NCBI GenBank assembly: GCA_963522835.1
Contig: CAUQZB010000007.1
Coordinates: forward strand, 23,926 to 87,925
DNA: 64,000 bases
Reading direction: 5' to 3'
Source of the DNA: an uncultured Candidatus Saccharibacteria bacterium
GTDB lineage: Bacteria > Patescibacteriota > Saccharimonadia > Saccharimonadales > Saccharimonadaceae
Position 1 is the first letter of the stretch. Each line of letters opens with the position of its first letter. The notes beneath the pieces are model-generated. The model was not told where the DNA came from. It worked only from the letters and a program-made list of their open reading frames with translations, and did not search any database. Position numbers and translations under genes: made by a program. This document shows positions 37,657 through 47,597 of this stretch, in pieces.

Positions 37657-38262
37657 ATGATGGAAGCAAGTTTTTTGACCCGCCACCCCAGGCTCAAGGA
37701 TATCGGTGGCTTTGTAATTTTTGTGGTGTGCGTCATTGTTGGCACACTCCTTATCAATACCTTTGTATTTCGTAGCTTTAGCGTGACTGGCCCAAGCATG
37801 GAGCAGACGCTCTACACCGGCGACCGGCTGATTGTCAATCGCCTGCCCGTCACGATGGCGCATTTGCAAAACAACTCATACACACCCAAGCGAGGGCAGA
37901 TCATCGTCTTTAAGAACCCGCTCTACAGTCCAGGCAGCGAGGATATGAACCTCGTTAAGCGCGTCATTGCCTTTGCGGGCGAGCGCGTTACCGTCAAGGA
38001 TGGGACGCTGACTGTCTATAATAAAGAGCATCCACAGGGCTTTCACCCCGACGACAGCTGGGATGGCCCTGGCTCTCCCACCAGTGGCGACACAGAGGTA
38101 ACGGTGCCCGAAGGATCGATTTTTGTAGCGGGTGATCACCGTCAAGGCAGCTACTCGCTCGACTCACGCAATGGCCTCGGCACCGTGCCACTCTATGATG
38201 TGATTGGCCCCGTTAGCCTGCGCCTCTGGCCACTGACGAAGGTTCAAGGGTTCCAGGTATAA
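37657..38262 (+). CDS. lepB: signal peptidase I
   Basis: TM anchor, SVTGPSMEQTL (catalytic Ser), VKRVIAFAGERV (Lys box) and GDHRQGSYSLDSR (box E). Confidence 0.9.
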   Translation: MMEASFLTRHPRLKDIGGFVIFVVCVIVGTLLINTFVFRSFSVTGPSMEQTLYTGDRLIVNRLPVTMAHLQNNSYTPKRGQIIVFKNPLYSPGSEDMNLVKRVIAFAGERVTVKDGTLTVYNKEHPQGFHPDDSWDGPGSPTSGDTEVTVPEGSIFVAGDHRQGSYSLDSRNGLGTVPLYDVIGPVSLRLWPLTKVQGFQV

Positions 38263-38488
38263 TATTACTAACTCATCTTGTTGCTTTTACTCTTGCAAAC
38301 AAACTTTGTTTAGTGTTTGGATTTCTCTTATTCTTCGTTTGCTTGAGCCCCATCATAGCCTAGCCAGTTATGAACAAAAAACTGGCTATTATCTCCAGAC
38401 CTTTTCGCCCAGGATATGAATATTTTTGGTATATATTCACTATTACAGAGAACTCGTATTGTATTCATTAGCAGTCTTTGACCACAAT

Positions 38489-38520
38489 AAATAAACCTTC
38501 TTTGTCATAAGAAGGTTTAT
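38489..38520. terminator. 12-bp AU-rich hairpin between the convergent genes lepB and parB
   Basis: AATAAACCTTCT (38489-38500) pairs perfectly with AGAAGGTTTATT (38509-38520) around an 8-nt loop. A/T runs on both sides allow bidirectional use. Confidence 0.45.
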
Positions 38521-38547
38521 TGCATATATGGGATATGCTCTATTTCG

Positions 38548-39462
38548 TTACTTCTCACCCTGCGTATGCTCAAGCAAACTAATAATCCGCTCGAAGTCAT
38601 CGTCGCTCGTAAAACGGATAACGATCTGCCCTGCCCCACGGCGGTTGCCACGGATCTGGACTGGTGCACTCAGCTGCTGCTCAAAGCGCTGGCTGGCAGC
38701 CGTATACTGTGGTGGTGGCGCTGGGCGCTGGGCCTTGGCGGTCTTTTGGGCAGAGTCACTTGCCTCGGTGCGCTTAAGAATGGCCAGGTACTGCTCGATT
38801 CGCCGCGCGCTCCACTCTTCCTGAATAATCTTGGGTAGAATATCTGCAATCTGCGCTTCATCCAGGCTAATCAATGGCCGGACTTGCCCCTCGCTCAGCT
38901 TGCCATCAACTACTGCTTGGCGCACTACCTCGGGCAGGCGCAAGAGACGCAGCGTGTTGCTCACCGCACTGGGTGACTTGCCACCAACGCGCTGGCCGAT
39001 CTGCTCGAGCGTGAGGTTGAATTGATCGCGCAGCTTGAGATACGCCGTGGCGGTCTCGATGGCGTTGAGGTTTTGGCGTTGGATATTTTCGATAAGAGAG
39101 AGCTCGAGCTTGTGCTGATCAGACAACGTGCGCACCAGTGCCGGGATCTTCTCCAGCCCCGCCTTGGTAGCAGCTCGGTAGCGCCGCTCACCAGCCACAA
39201 TGACATAGTTGCCTTTGTTATCAGGGGTAACAACGATAGGCTGCAGCACACCATGAACACGGATAGACTCAGCGAGCTCATCGAGCAGCGTTTCGTCAAA
39301 CACCCGGCGTGGCTGAGTGGGGTCGGGCATGATTTCTGCAAGTTTGATTTGGCGCAGGTCACTAATCCGGTCGTCTTGGTCGGCGGTTGGGTCGAACGAT
39401 TCGTCCAGCAACTCCGCCGGAATCAGCGAATCAAACCCCCGCCCTAAACCTCGTTTTGCCAT
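38548..39462 (-). CDS. parB: chromosome partitioning protein ParB/Spo0J
   Basis: GLGRGFDSLI N-terminus, IVAGERRYRAATKAGL (ParB box) and an HTH segment. Lies immediately downstream of parA. Confidence 0.92.
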   Translation of the reverse strand: MAKRGLGRGFDSLIPAELLDESFDPTADQDDRISDLRQIKLAEIMPDPTQPRRVFDETLLDELAESIRVHGVLQPIVVTPDNKGNYVIVAGERRYRAATKAGLEKIPALVRTLSDQHKLELSLIENIQRQNLNAIETATAYLKLRDQFNLTLEQIGQRVGGKSPSAVSNTLRLLRLPEVVRQAVVDGKLSEGQVRPLISLDEAQIADILPKIIQEEWSARRIEQYLAILKRTEASDSAQKTAKAQRPAPPPQYTAASQRFEQQLSAPVQIRGNRRGAGQIVIRFTSDDDFERIISLLEHTQGEK

Positions 39463-40227
39463 TTATACCCCCGTTCGTTCGATTATTTCTTTCGTCACGG
39501 CTTTGTACGCCCGTGCGCCTCGACTAAAGCGGTCATATGCCCCAATCGGCGCACCATGGCTCGGAGCCTCAGCCAGGCGAACATTGCGCGGGATAGACTC
39601 CGCAAACACCTTCGCCGGAAAATGCTTTGCAATCTCAGCCAAGACCTGGCTCGAGAGCGATGTGCGACCATCTACCATGGTAGGTAGTACCCCAATAAGA
39701 TCAAGTGTTGGATTCATATTTTTGCGCACCAGCTTCATTGTCTCGAGCAGCTGCCCGAGCCCCTCCAACGCATAGAATTCCGCCTGGACTGGCAAGAGCA
39801 CATAGCGTGCGGCAATGAGCCCATTGACGGTGAGAAGGCTCAGGCTTGGTGGGCTATCGATAATGATATAGTCGTAGCCAGTTAGTTCATCGATCGCCCC
39901 TTTGAGACGGCTAAAGCGGTGCTGCGCCTTGGCCAGTTCTACCTCGGCATTGGCCAGCTGCGGCAGAGCGGGCGCGATGAAGAGATTCTTGTGCTCGGTG
40001 GGCTGGATGATATCGGCAAGTTTCTTCTCGCTCTTGACGACCTCTGTCATGGTAGCATCGAGCAGCTGCTTATCAATGCCAAGGCCGCTCGTGGCATTGC
40101 CCTGCGGGTCGAAATCGACGACGAGGGTTTTCTTGCCGGCCTTTGCCAAATAGTAGGCAACATTAATCGCTGTTGTCGTTTTGCCAACACCACCTTTTTG
40201 ATTTGTTACACAAATTACTGCCGTCAT
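39463..40227 (-). CDS. parA: chromosome partitioning ATPase ParA/Soj
   Basis: Deviant Walker A NQKGGVGKTTT, DFDPQGNAT and IIIDSPPSL. Confidence 0.93.
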   Translation of the reverse strand: MTAVICVTNQKGGVGKTTTAINVAYYLAKAGKKTLVVDFDPQGNATSGLGIDKQLLDATMTEVVKSEKKLADIIQPTEHKNLFIAPALPQLANAEVELAKAQHRFSRLKGAIDELTGYDYIIIDSPPSLSLLTVNGLIAARYVLLPVQAEFYALEGLGQLLETMKLVRKNMNPTLDLIGVLPTMVDGRTSLSSQVLAEIAKHFPAKVFAESIPRNVRLAEAPSHGAPIGAYDRFSRGARAYKAVTKEIIERTGV

Positions 40228-40522
40228 GTCCCGTATTTCCGTTTATCCTCTCCATTATAGCATAACCCACATTGGTTAGTGAGGCGAGGTAGCGGAGTTA
40301 TGCACAGGATAAGGAGGCTTTTTCGCGTGATTACCTCTGTGGTGTTTACATTGGCTACCCAAGGCCTACCTCGCGCTACTTCACCATGCTACCCACTCGA
40401 GGGTTTTCTTAAGTCTGATCATATTATACCTTCGTGTTGAGAAGAAAATTCGCTACACCCCTCACACTCCTCTAGGGTAAGGTAATGCAATAGTGACCTA
40501 AGAGAAATTAGCGTTACATATT

Positions 40523-43396
40523 CTAGCGCAAAGCAAAGAAGGTTGGGTCATCAAGCTCATCGTGCGCATGCGCTGAGGCTGTACTATCAGGCTGCTCAGC
40601 CAGTGGCACTGGGCCATCTGACTGAGGCTGCACCGTATGCGGTTGGTGGTGCAAGAGCTGAGCTGGAATCGTGGTGCGCGGCTTAGCGTGCTGAATGGAG
40701 AGAAGTGATGGGTCTCGTGGTGCGGCTGGCTTAGATGCGGTACTCGCTGGCTTTTTGCCTGGAGAAGGAGTGGCTGGCTTGGCAGCTTTACTGGGAGCAA
40801 TAGGCTTCTTCACCTGCTTACTAGATTGAGCACTTGATTGCCCAGTAGTCGCCTGCTCATCGCGTGCTTCGCCACCAGCTGGCTTGCGTCGGCGACGTCG
40901 ACGGCGCTTGGCGGTGCCTTCGCCCGTGGCGGTGGCCGATGATGCTACTGAAGTGCCTGCTTGTCCCGCCAGCGTCACACTCACCCCTGTACTGCCCGGG
41001 TGAATCCGCTCATTGATGGTATCCTCCACCGTTTGGCGCGACTGGCTATACAGCTCACGGCTATGCTCAATAATGCGCGACAAATGGCTCCGCTTAGCCT
41101 CAGGCAAATTAAGCGTAGTCGCACTAAAGGCTGGTGCCTTCTCACCATTAATCACCATGTTGATGATGAAGTTGCGATTATGCATCTGGGTGAGGTCGTT
41201 CTCCTCAAACTGCGGTTCAAACTGCTTGGCAAGGATCGGGCTGTCGTCCGGCGAGACGCGGAAGCTAATCATTGTCCCGACGTTGCCAAAGACCGCATCG
41301 CGCACCGTTGGCTCCATCTGCGAGATGTATTGGTTGGCTACGGTGAGGTTGAGTCCATACTTGCGTGCCTCACTCAGAATGGTAGCAAAGCTGTCGGTCG
41401 CAAAGTTTTGGAACTCATCGACATAGAGATAAAATGGCCGCCGGTCATGGATATCGAGGATATCACTCCGACTCATCGCCGCCAGCTGGATCTTCGTCAC
41501 CAAAAATGAACCAAGAATCCCCGCATTATCCTCGCCAATCAACCCCTTCGACAGATTCACTACCAAGATCTTGCCCTCGTCCATAATCTGGCGAATATTA
41601 AACGACGAGTGCGTTTGACCAATGATATTGCGGATAATGGGGTTCGCCGTAAAGGCCCCCACCTTGTTGAGCACTGGTGCGATGGCCTCTGTCTGGAACT
41701 TCTCCGACCAGCTGGCAAACTCCACATTCCAGAACTGCCGCACCACTACATCGTTGCAGTAGCCGATCGTCTCTTTGCGGAATTTTTTATCCGTCAGCAT
41801 GCGGGTGATATCAAGCATGGTAGGCTCGGGCCGATCGAGTAGTGCCAAAATAGTATAGCGCAAAATATATTCCAGCCGCGGCCCCCAACTGTCACCAAAC
41901 ATCCGCTTGAGCACACCAATCACCTCTGATGAGATCGTCGATTTCTGCGCTGGGTTGGTAACTTCCAGTGGGTTAAAGCCAATCGGGTGCTCGACGTCTG
42001 CGGGATTAAAATACACCACGTCATCCAGCCGGGCTTCGGGGATGAACTTCATATTCTCAATCGCAAAATCGCCATGCGGGTCAATAATAGCATAGCCTTG
42101 ATTATGATAAATATCACTCAAGGCAAAGAGCTCCAGCAGGCCACTCTTCCCCGCCCCCGTCTGGCCGATGATATAGACGTGGCGCGAGCGATCGCTCCGC
42201 AACATACCAAACTGGTGGTTGATCCCGCGAAAGTTGGTCAGGCCAAAGGCCGAGATGTTCTCGTCGTCAGCCGCATGACCAGTGAGGACAGGTAAGCGAT
42301 TTGGCGGTTCGGCGGTTTTGTTGCTTGCCCAGACGATGTTGGGCGTCTCGACATTGGTGTGCGGCAAATGAAAAACACTCGCCATCTCCTCAATATTAAG
42401 CAAAAAGCCGCGGTCAGCAAAGAGGCGCAGCTTGTAGCGGTTGAGATCTTCCTTGCGGAAGCTGTCGTGGCTCATGGTGAAGCCGTTGAGGTTGGTACTG
42501 TTGTATTGCTTGAAGGTGCCGATGATTGCCTGCATACGCAGCCGCGCATCAGTGGTACTATCGCCAAGATATACAACGCGAATCTTGACCTGGTAACCCA
42601 GCTTGGCGGCCTTTTTCTCGGCCTCGGCGATGCGGGTTTTGTCACGATCGGAGAGCTCCGTCACTGTCGTCATGTTGCCTTCGGGTGGTTGCCACAGCGC
42701 CATGAGGAACTGGCTAAACCACCGCGCCTTGGGGTGAAATGCGTCACCAAACAGCCCGCCACCGCGCACGCGCCTCACCCACGCATCGGATGCTTTGTGC
42801 CAGTCATCTGCCACGGGGCGCACCAAAATTTGGATCCAAATCTCATCATCCGTATCCTCCAACTTGGCTAATGTACCTGTAATACCGGCTAGTGGATCAA
42901 CCTCAAAGCTCTGAAAGGTCTTGATCGGCAAAAACTCACTCTCTGCCAACACAACCTCTGCTGTATAGACGACATGGTGCTGCTGCTCGTGCGCTGTATA
43001 GTCGGCAGTGGCGGTGCGAATTTGCACCGTGGGATACTGCGAATAAACCTGACTCTCAACGAAGTTGCGTAGTGCACGCGGCGTCCAGACATAAAACTGA
43101 ATCTGCCCACCGACTGACGCAATCTCAAAGCTGAGATGCTCTTGGTAGCCATCATTAATCTTGAGCTCGCGTGCATCACGCAAGATACCGTGGAGGCTGG
43201 CAAACATTTGCTCAGCTGCGAGCTCAGACTTGTCATTAGCACGGGGGATCTCGAGGATAAGCAGTTCGCTCTCGACCTCGCGCAGCACATCAACTTGCCG
43301 ATTGTTGCGCCACGTCAAATAACCGAGGAGGATCACCACTGGCACCCACACATACCACTGCAAAATTATCGTAAAAAACGTCGTAAAAAATGCCAT
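40523..43396 (-). CDS. VirD4/TraG-like (type IV secretion coupling-protein-type) membrane ATPase with a basic C-terminal tail
   Basis: N-terminal TM pair, Walker A IIGQTGAGKSGLLE, Walker B and TraM-recognition-like region FYLYVDEFQNFATDSFATILSEARKYGLNLTVANQY. The C-terminal tail is RRRRRRRKP...KKPIAPSKAAKPATPSPGKKPASTASKPAAP. Confidence 0.8.
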   Translation of the reverse strand: MAFFTTFFTIILQWYVWVPVVILLGYLTWRNNRQVDVLREVESELLILEIPRANDKSELAAEQMFASLHGILRDARELKINDGYQEHLSFEIASVGGQIQFYVWTPRALRNFVESQVYSQYPTVQIRTATADYTAHEQQHHVVYTAEVVLAESEFLPIKTFQSFEVDPLAGITGTLAKLEDTDDEIWIQILVRPVADDWHKASDAWVRRVRGGGLFGDAFHPKARWFSQFLMALWQPPEGNMTTVTELSDRDKTRIAEAEKKAAKLGYQVKIRVVYLGDSTTDARLRMQAIIGTFKQYNSTNLNGFTMSHDSFRKEDLNRYKLRLFADRGFLLNIEEMASVFHLPHTNVETPNIVWASNKTAEPPNRLPVLTGHAADDENISAFGLTNFRGINHQFGMLRSDRSRHVYIIGQTGAGKSGLLELFALSDIYHNQGYAIIDPHGDFAIENMKFIPEARLDDVVYFNPADVEHPIGFNPLEVTNPAQKSTISSEVIGVLKRMFGDSWGPRLEYILRYTILALLDRPEPTMLDITRMLTDKKFRKETIGYCNDVVVRQFWNVEFASWSEKFQTEAIAPVLNKVGAFTANPIIRNIIGQTHSSFNIRQIMDEGKILVVNLSKGLIGEDNAGILGSFLVTKIQLAAMSRSDILDIHDRRPFYLYVDEFQNFATDSFATILSEARKYGLNLTVANQYISQMEPTVRDAVFGNVGTMISFRVSPDDSPILAKQFEPQFEENDLTQMHNRNFIINMVINGEKAPAFSATTLNLPEAKRSHLSRIIEHSRELYSQSRQTVEDTINERIHPGSTGVSVTLAGQAGTSVASSATATGEGTAKRRRRRRRKPAGGEARDEQATTGQSSAQSSKQVKKPIAPSKAAKPATPSPGKKPASTASKPAAPRDPSLLSIQHAKPRTTIPAQLLHHQPHTVQPQSDGPVPLAEQPDSTASAHAHDELDDPTFFALR

Positions 43397-43522
43397 AATG
43401 ACGCGCTTTGATTATAGCATGGGACATGTATTTTGACAAGGTATGTACGCAATTTGTTCAATAGATTTGCTGAGACGGCGAACATTAGCCCATTAGAGAG
43501 AGTACTCTGCCCTACCCTGCGG

Positions 43523-43870
43523 CTATAAATTCACCACACCCGTCTCGACCTGCTCTGCGACAAAGGCAGCGCCTAGAACGCGTTCGAGGCTAGAGATCGT
43601 CTCATTTTCAACTGGTTGGCAGGTTGTCATCGTCACGTATGCCAGACCGGTCTCGGGCCAAGTACGCGCTGCAATATGCGCTTCGGGCAAAAGAAGCGCC
43701 ACACCAATACCATACGGTACATAGTCGTGGCTCACCGAGCGTACCGCTGAGAGTCCCGCTCGCCAGGCAATCTCACGCAGCGCTTGCTGCACAACAATCC
43801 GGCTGTTGAGGCATACTGTGCTCCCACCGGTGATTTTAAATGTCATTGTTTGCAGCCGCTCTGCTTTCAT
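43523..43870 (-). CDS. S-adenosylmethionine decarboxylase (SpeH, class 1)-like protein lacking the processing serine
   Basis: VPYGIGVALLLPEAHIAARTWPETGLAYVTMTTC aligns by eye with the SpeH core ...[33 protein letters not shown]. ES-H is replaced by EA-H and IHTWPE by ARTWPE. Confidence 0.65.
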   Translation of the reverse strand: MKAERLQTMTFKITGGSTVCLNSRIVVQQALREIAWRAGLSAVRSVSHDYVPYGIGVALLLPEAHIAARTWPETGLAYVTMTTCQPVENETISSLERVLGAAFVAEQVETGVVNL

Positions 43871-43967
43871 GGAGATATTTTATCATATTTGCCGGTAATT
43901 CTGGGGAGATATTCTACTCGCTCAGGAGCAAAATTGACGACTTATCCCAAGATGATATACTAGCATT

Positions 43968-44465
43968 ATGATTGATGTATTGACGACTACTCTCACCAAA
44001 CTTTGCCAACCCCTCCCCCGCATGAGCGCTGCCATGAAGCAGTGGTTCCGTGATAACCTCTGGATTATGATGCTGCTGGTTGCGATTGTTAATGCTGGGT
44101 ACGGCGTATCTTTGCTTATCCAGCTGTATCAGGCTTTTACATCAAAGGTGGGTACTTTGCTGATGATGGTTGCGCCACAAGCATCTTCGTCGCTGACTAC
44201 GCGGCGAGTTTATCTCGTCGTGGCATTGCTGTGCGTTATTACTCAAGGAATCATTGCTGGCCTTGCAGTCCTCCCCTTGCGCGAACGGCGCAAACAGGGT
44301 TGGGTGCTTGCGGTGTGTAGTGCGCTAGTGATTGGCCTCTTTGCGGTGATTGGCTTCATCCTCAATATATTTATGATGCCACTGGCCGTGCTGGTGTCAC
44401 TCATGTCGCTGTTGTTTGCACTGGCGGCGCTATATGTTGCACACGAAGTGAAGGATGAATTTTAA
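43968..44465 (+). CDS. hypothetical membrane protein
   Basis: 165-codon ORF with four hydrophobic helices. No family recognised. Confidence 0.5.
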   Translation: MIDVLTTTLTKLCQPLPRMSAAMKQWFRDNLWIMMLLVAIVNAGYGVSLLIQLYQAFTSKVGTLLMMVAPQASSSLTTRRVYLVVALLCVITQGIIAGLAVLPLRERRKQGWVLAVCSALVIGLFAVIGFILNIFMMPLAVLVSLMSLLFALAALYVAHEVKDEF

Positions 44466-44618
44466 TACTCCTAGATTACACACCTGCCATCTTGGTCAAT
44501 AATGCCTGCTAAGGTTACACTCTCTATTCACTCCCCGCTAGCGCAATGAGAGAATGAACGACAAGAAAGAGGGTGAGTGGGCAATACGATAAAGCCGCGT
44601 AGTTTCGATGCAAACAGC

Positions 44619-44647
44619 TTGAAAACCACCCCTGCCTGTGCTACAGT
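44619..44647 (+). promoter_or_regulatory. promoter TTGAAA-17 nt-TACAGT for tRNA-Gln
   Basis: TTGAAA at 44619-44624 and TACAGT at 44642-44647. The mature tRNA 5' end lies 12 nt downstream. Confidence 0.5.
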
Positions 44648-44658
44648 ATCTACAGCGA

Positions 44659-44733
44659 TGGGGTGTCGCCAAGTGGTAAGGCAACGGGTTCTGGTCCCGT
44701 CATGCGGGGGTTCGAATCCCTCCACCCCAGCCA
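44659..44733 (+). tRNA. tRNA-Gln (anticodon CUG)
   Basis: A 75-nt cloverleaf folded by hand: acceptor TGGGGTG/CACCCCA, D-arm GCC-AAGTGGTAA-GGC, anticodon stem ACGGG/CCCGT with loop TTCTGGT, T-arm GGGGG-TTCGAAT-CCCTC, and an encoded CCA. Closely resembles E. coli tRNA-Gln. Confidence 0.93.
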
Positions 44734-44745
44734 TATAGCATTTTT

Positions 44746-44770
44746 AGTCTGCAGAGGCAGGCTATTTTTT
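44746..44770 (+). terminator. rho-independent terminator after tRNA-Gln
   Basis: Stem AGTCTGC (44746-44752) pairs with GCAGGCT (44757-44763) around loop AGAG, followed by ATTTTTT. Confidence 0.6.
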
Positions 44771-44966
44771 ATTACCGCTATAGCTACTAGGAGAATATGC
44801 CAAGCTATAAGCACCTGAATCCCAAAACTTCACCCGCTGCTCACACTGTCTCTCTATACTTCCTCCTCAGCATTAGTCTCTCCTCTACTTCATTCGGGTA
44901 GGGCGTGAAGATTGATGAGTCTTGCTATTTAAGCTTTAGGTTTAGGCTATATACATTAAACATGCA

Positions 44967-47525
44967 TCACCGCCGTCGACGCGAACGCACCACAGCGTGC
45001 CCTTTGCCAAAGTAGGTGCGGCCAAGCCACTTGTGCCCTTCGATAATCGCAAGTGGGACGAAGAACGCCACGATCCAGACAAAGACACCATCGCTCCACG
45101 AGATAGGCGCCACATGGAGCCACTGCTCAAGCGGCCCAAACAATGCGACCAGCTGGAGTACAATCGATACTGCCAAGCCACCATAAAATGCTGTGCTCCA
45201 CCGCCGAGCGCGTCGCCAGACAGGCTCGTAATCACTGCGGGCAGCGAGAGCGCTGGCCCACTGCATTACCACCAGCGCACAGAAGGCAATAGTGCGGGCA
45301 TACCCTTCGCCATGCGAGTGATAATACATGCTGTAGAGCCCCAATGTGATAACCGCCATCACTACTGCGATGAGCCCAACCCGGCTCAGCATAAAGCGGC
45401 TGAGCAGTGGCGCCTTGGGGTGGTACGGCGACCGCCGCATTGCCTGGGGCGAGCCTGGCTCGACGCCAAGCGGAATGACCATCGTTGTATCCGTTACCAA
45501 ATTGACCCACAAGATCTGCACGGGCAAGAGTGGGATAGGCAGGCCCACCAGCAGCGAGCCAATCGACACGAGCACCTCACCAAGATTCGTCGCAAGTAAA
45601 TACACCACCATGCGCTTGATATTAGCGTAGATCGTCCGCCCCTCATGTACGGCACTGATGATGGAGCGGAAGTTGTTATCGAGCAGGATAATATCACCAG
45701 CATCGCGTGCTATCTGCGCTCCCGAGCCCATCGCGATGCCAACATTGGCATTGGTCAGCGCGGGGATATCATTGACGCCATCGCCCGTCATGGCAGTAAT
45801 GTCCGTCGCATTGAGCGCTGTGAGGATGCGGTGCTTATGCTCTGGTATGACCCGCGAGAAGACGCGCGCCCGGGCCACCACAGTAGCCAGCTCACCGTCG
45901 CTTAGTTGGTCAAGCCGCCGGCAATCATATACCTCATCACGCCCCCGTACAAGGCCAAGTTGCCGCCCAATCTGATACGCCGTCTCAAAATGATCGCCGG
46001 TAATCATCCGCACTGTGATGCCCGCTTGGCGAGCCCGAGCAATCGACGGCCGAGCCTCTGGCCGCACACTATCTGCCACACCAACCAACCCAACAAACTG
46101 CAACCCCTGGCGCGCCGGCAGCTGCTCTAGCGAATCAATCGGCGCGCGAAGCGCCGTATACGCCAAGGCAATCACTCGATGCCCCTGCCCCGTGAGCTGC
46201 TGCAAAGCCTGGAGCGTCGCGCGCTTATCTGTGCTGGAAAGTCGGGCATGGCGAATGATCGCCTCTGGCGCACCCTTTACGCACAGGCGATATTGCCCAG
46301 TACCAACTGCCTGGAGTGTGCCACTCATCGCCAGCTTGTGCTCAAAGGGAAAGAGCGTCAAACCCGTCCGGCGCTGCGGCCGCGAGACGCGCTGCTCATT
46401 GCAATAGGCGGCAAAGGCTCGATCGAGCGGGTCATACATCTTGCTCCGGCTATTGGGCAAGGTGCTGCCAGCCAGCGTCTGGAGTAGTGGCTCAGTACGA
46501 TTGCCTGGCGCCCAGACGGCCTGGACGGTGAGTTTATTGCGCGTAAGAGTTCCCGTCTTGTCTGTGGCGATTGTCGTCACCACGCCAATTGTCTCAATTG
46601 CCGCCATCGTCCGCACCAGCGCCTTGCGCCGCGCCATCCGCTGCATACCAATGGCCAAAATCACCGAGATCGCTACTGGCAGCCCCTCCGGCACCGCACT
46701 AACGGCAAGCGCTATCACAAACTGCAGCGCCGCCGTAAGCTCCATACCACGCCACAGTGCCAGCCCCAACGCCACCACTGATGCCACTAGCACAACGATG
46801 ATGATTTGGCTCACCAGCTTATCAATCGTCCGCTCCACTGGGCTCGCCTCACGTGGGTGACTCGAGAGAGCAGCCAGTTTACCATACTCAGTCGCATTTC
46901 CGGTTGCCGTCACAATAGCAAGCGCACTGCCACCAATCACAAATGACCCCTGATACAAACAATTCCGCCGCTCATAGAGCGCCGTTGCCATAGGGAGAAC
47001 CGCACTATTCTTCTCGATCGGGAGCGACTCACCCGTCAGCTGTGATTCATCCACCCGGAGCGAGCGCGCCTCGAGCACCCGCGCATCGGCCGGAATCTTA
47101 TCACCCTCTTCCACGATAATAACATCACCTGGCACCAGCTGCTCCGCATCAAGTGATTGCTCACCTTCATGTCGACGGACGCGTACCTGCAGGGGAGCGT
47201 GCTTTTGCAGTGAGCGAACGATGCGCTCGGTAGAGAGCTGCTGCGTATAATCGATCAGTGCACTCACCACAATAATCGCCAAAATAATCAGCCCGTCCAC
47301 CACCGCCTGGTGGAAGAAACTAATCGCCGCTGCCGCAAACAGCACCAGCATAAACACCGAGCAAAATGGCTTGATGAGCCGCCGCCACAGTGGCTCATGC
47401 ACAACGCGGATGATATTAGGGCCGTAGTGTTCCAGCCGCTCAGCCACAGCAGCGTCATCGAGACCACGGACGCCAGACGATAGGTCGGCCATCGTCTGCT
47501 GAGGGGTCTTGGCATGGTATGTCAT
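44967..47525 (-). CDS. cation-transporting P-type ATPase (type II, Ca2+/Mg2+-like)
   Basis: TGES, DKTGTLT phosphorylation site, MITGDH and GDGVNDIPAL, with about 10 TM helices. I placed the start at ATG 47525 (MTYHAKTPQQT...), which has TATAAT (47540-47535) 9 nt upstream. Confidence 0.92.
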   Translation of the reverse strand: MTYHAKTPQQTMADLSSGVRGLDDAAVAERLEHYGPNIIRVVHEPLWRRLIKPFCSVFMLVLFAAAAISFFHQAVVDGLIILAIIVVSALIDYTQQLSTERIVRSLQKHAPLQVRVRRHEGEQSLDAEQLVPGDVIIVEEGDKIPADARVLEARSLRVDESQLTGESLPIEKNSAVLPMATALYERRNCLYQGSFVIGGSALAIVTATGNATEYGKLAALSSHPREASPVERTIDKLVSQIIIVVLVASVVALGLALWRGMELTAALQFVIALAVSAVPEGLPVAISVILAIGMQRMARRKALVRTMAAIETIGVVTTIATDKTGTLTRNKLTVQAVWAPGNRTEPLLQTLAGSTLPNSRSKMYDPLDRAFAAYCNEQRVSRPQRRTGLTLFPFEHKLAMSGTLQAVGTGQYRLCVKGAPEAIIRHARLSSTDKRATLQALQQLTGQGHRVIALAYTALRAPIDSLEQLPARQGLQFVGLVGVADSVRPEARPSIARARQAGITVRMITGDHFETAYQIGRQLGLVRGRDEVYDCRRLDQLSDGELATVVARARVFSRVIPEHKHRILTALNATDITAMTGDGVNDIPALTNANVGIAMGSGAQIARDAGDIILLDNNFRSIISAVHEGRTIYANIKRMVVYLLATNLGEVLVSIGSLLVGLPIPLLPVQILWVNLVTDTTMVIPLGVEPGSPQAMRRSPYHPKAPLLSRFMLSRVGLIAVVMAVITLGLYSMYYHSHGEGYARTIAFCALVVMQWASALAARSDYEPVWRRARRWSTAFYGGLAVSIVLQLVALFGPLEQWLHVAPISWSDGVFVWIVAFFVPLAIIEGHKWLGRTYFGKGHAVVRSRRRR

Positions 47526-47597
47526 AATAGATCTATTATAGCACACCAAGCATAAGCATTCTGGACAAATCACTGTACATCAGCGTATACTAGAGCC

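Noticed and set aside
40298-40306. The DnaA-box-like TTATGCACA upstream of parA as a sign of oriC.
   Set aside because: I found only a single box, with no cluster of boxes, no adjacent AT-rich unwinding element and no dnaA or dnaN in the window.
44528-44734. A 68-codon minus-strand ORF.
   Set aside because: It lies antisense to tRNA-Gln and its promoter and has no independent support.
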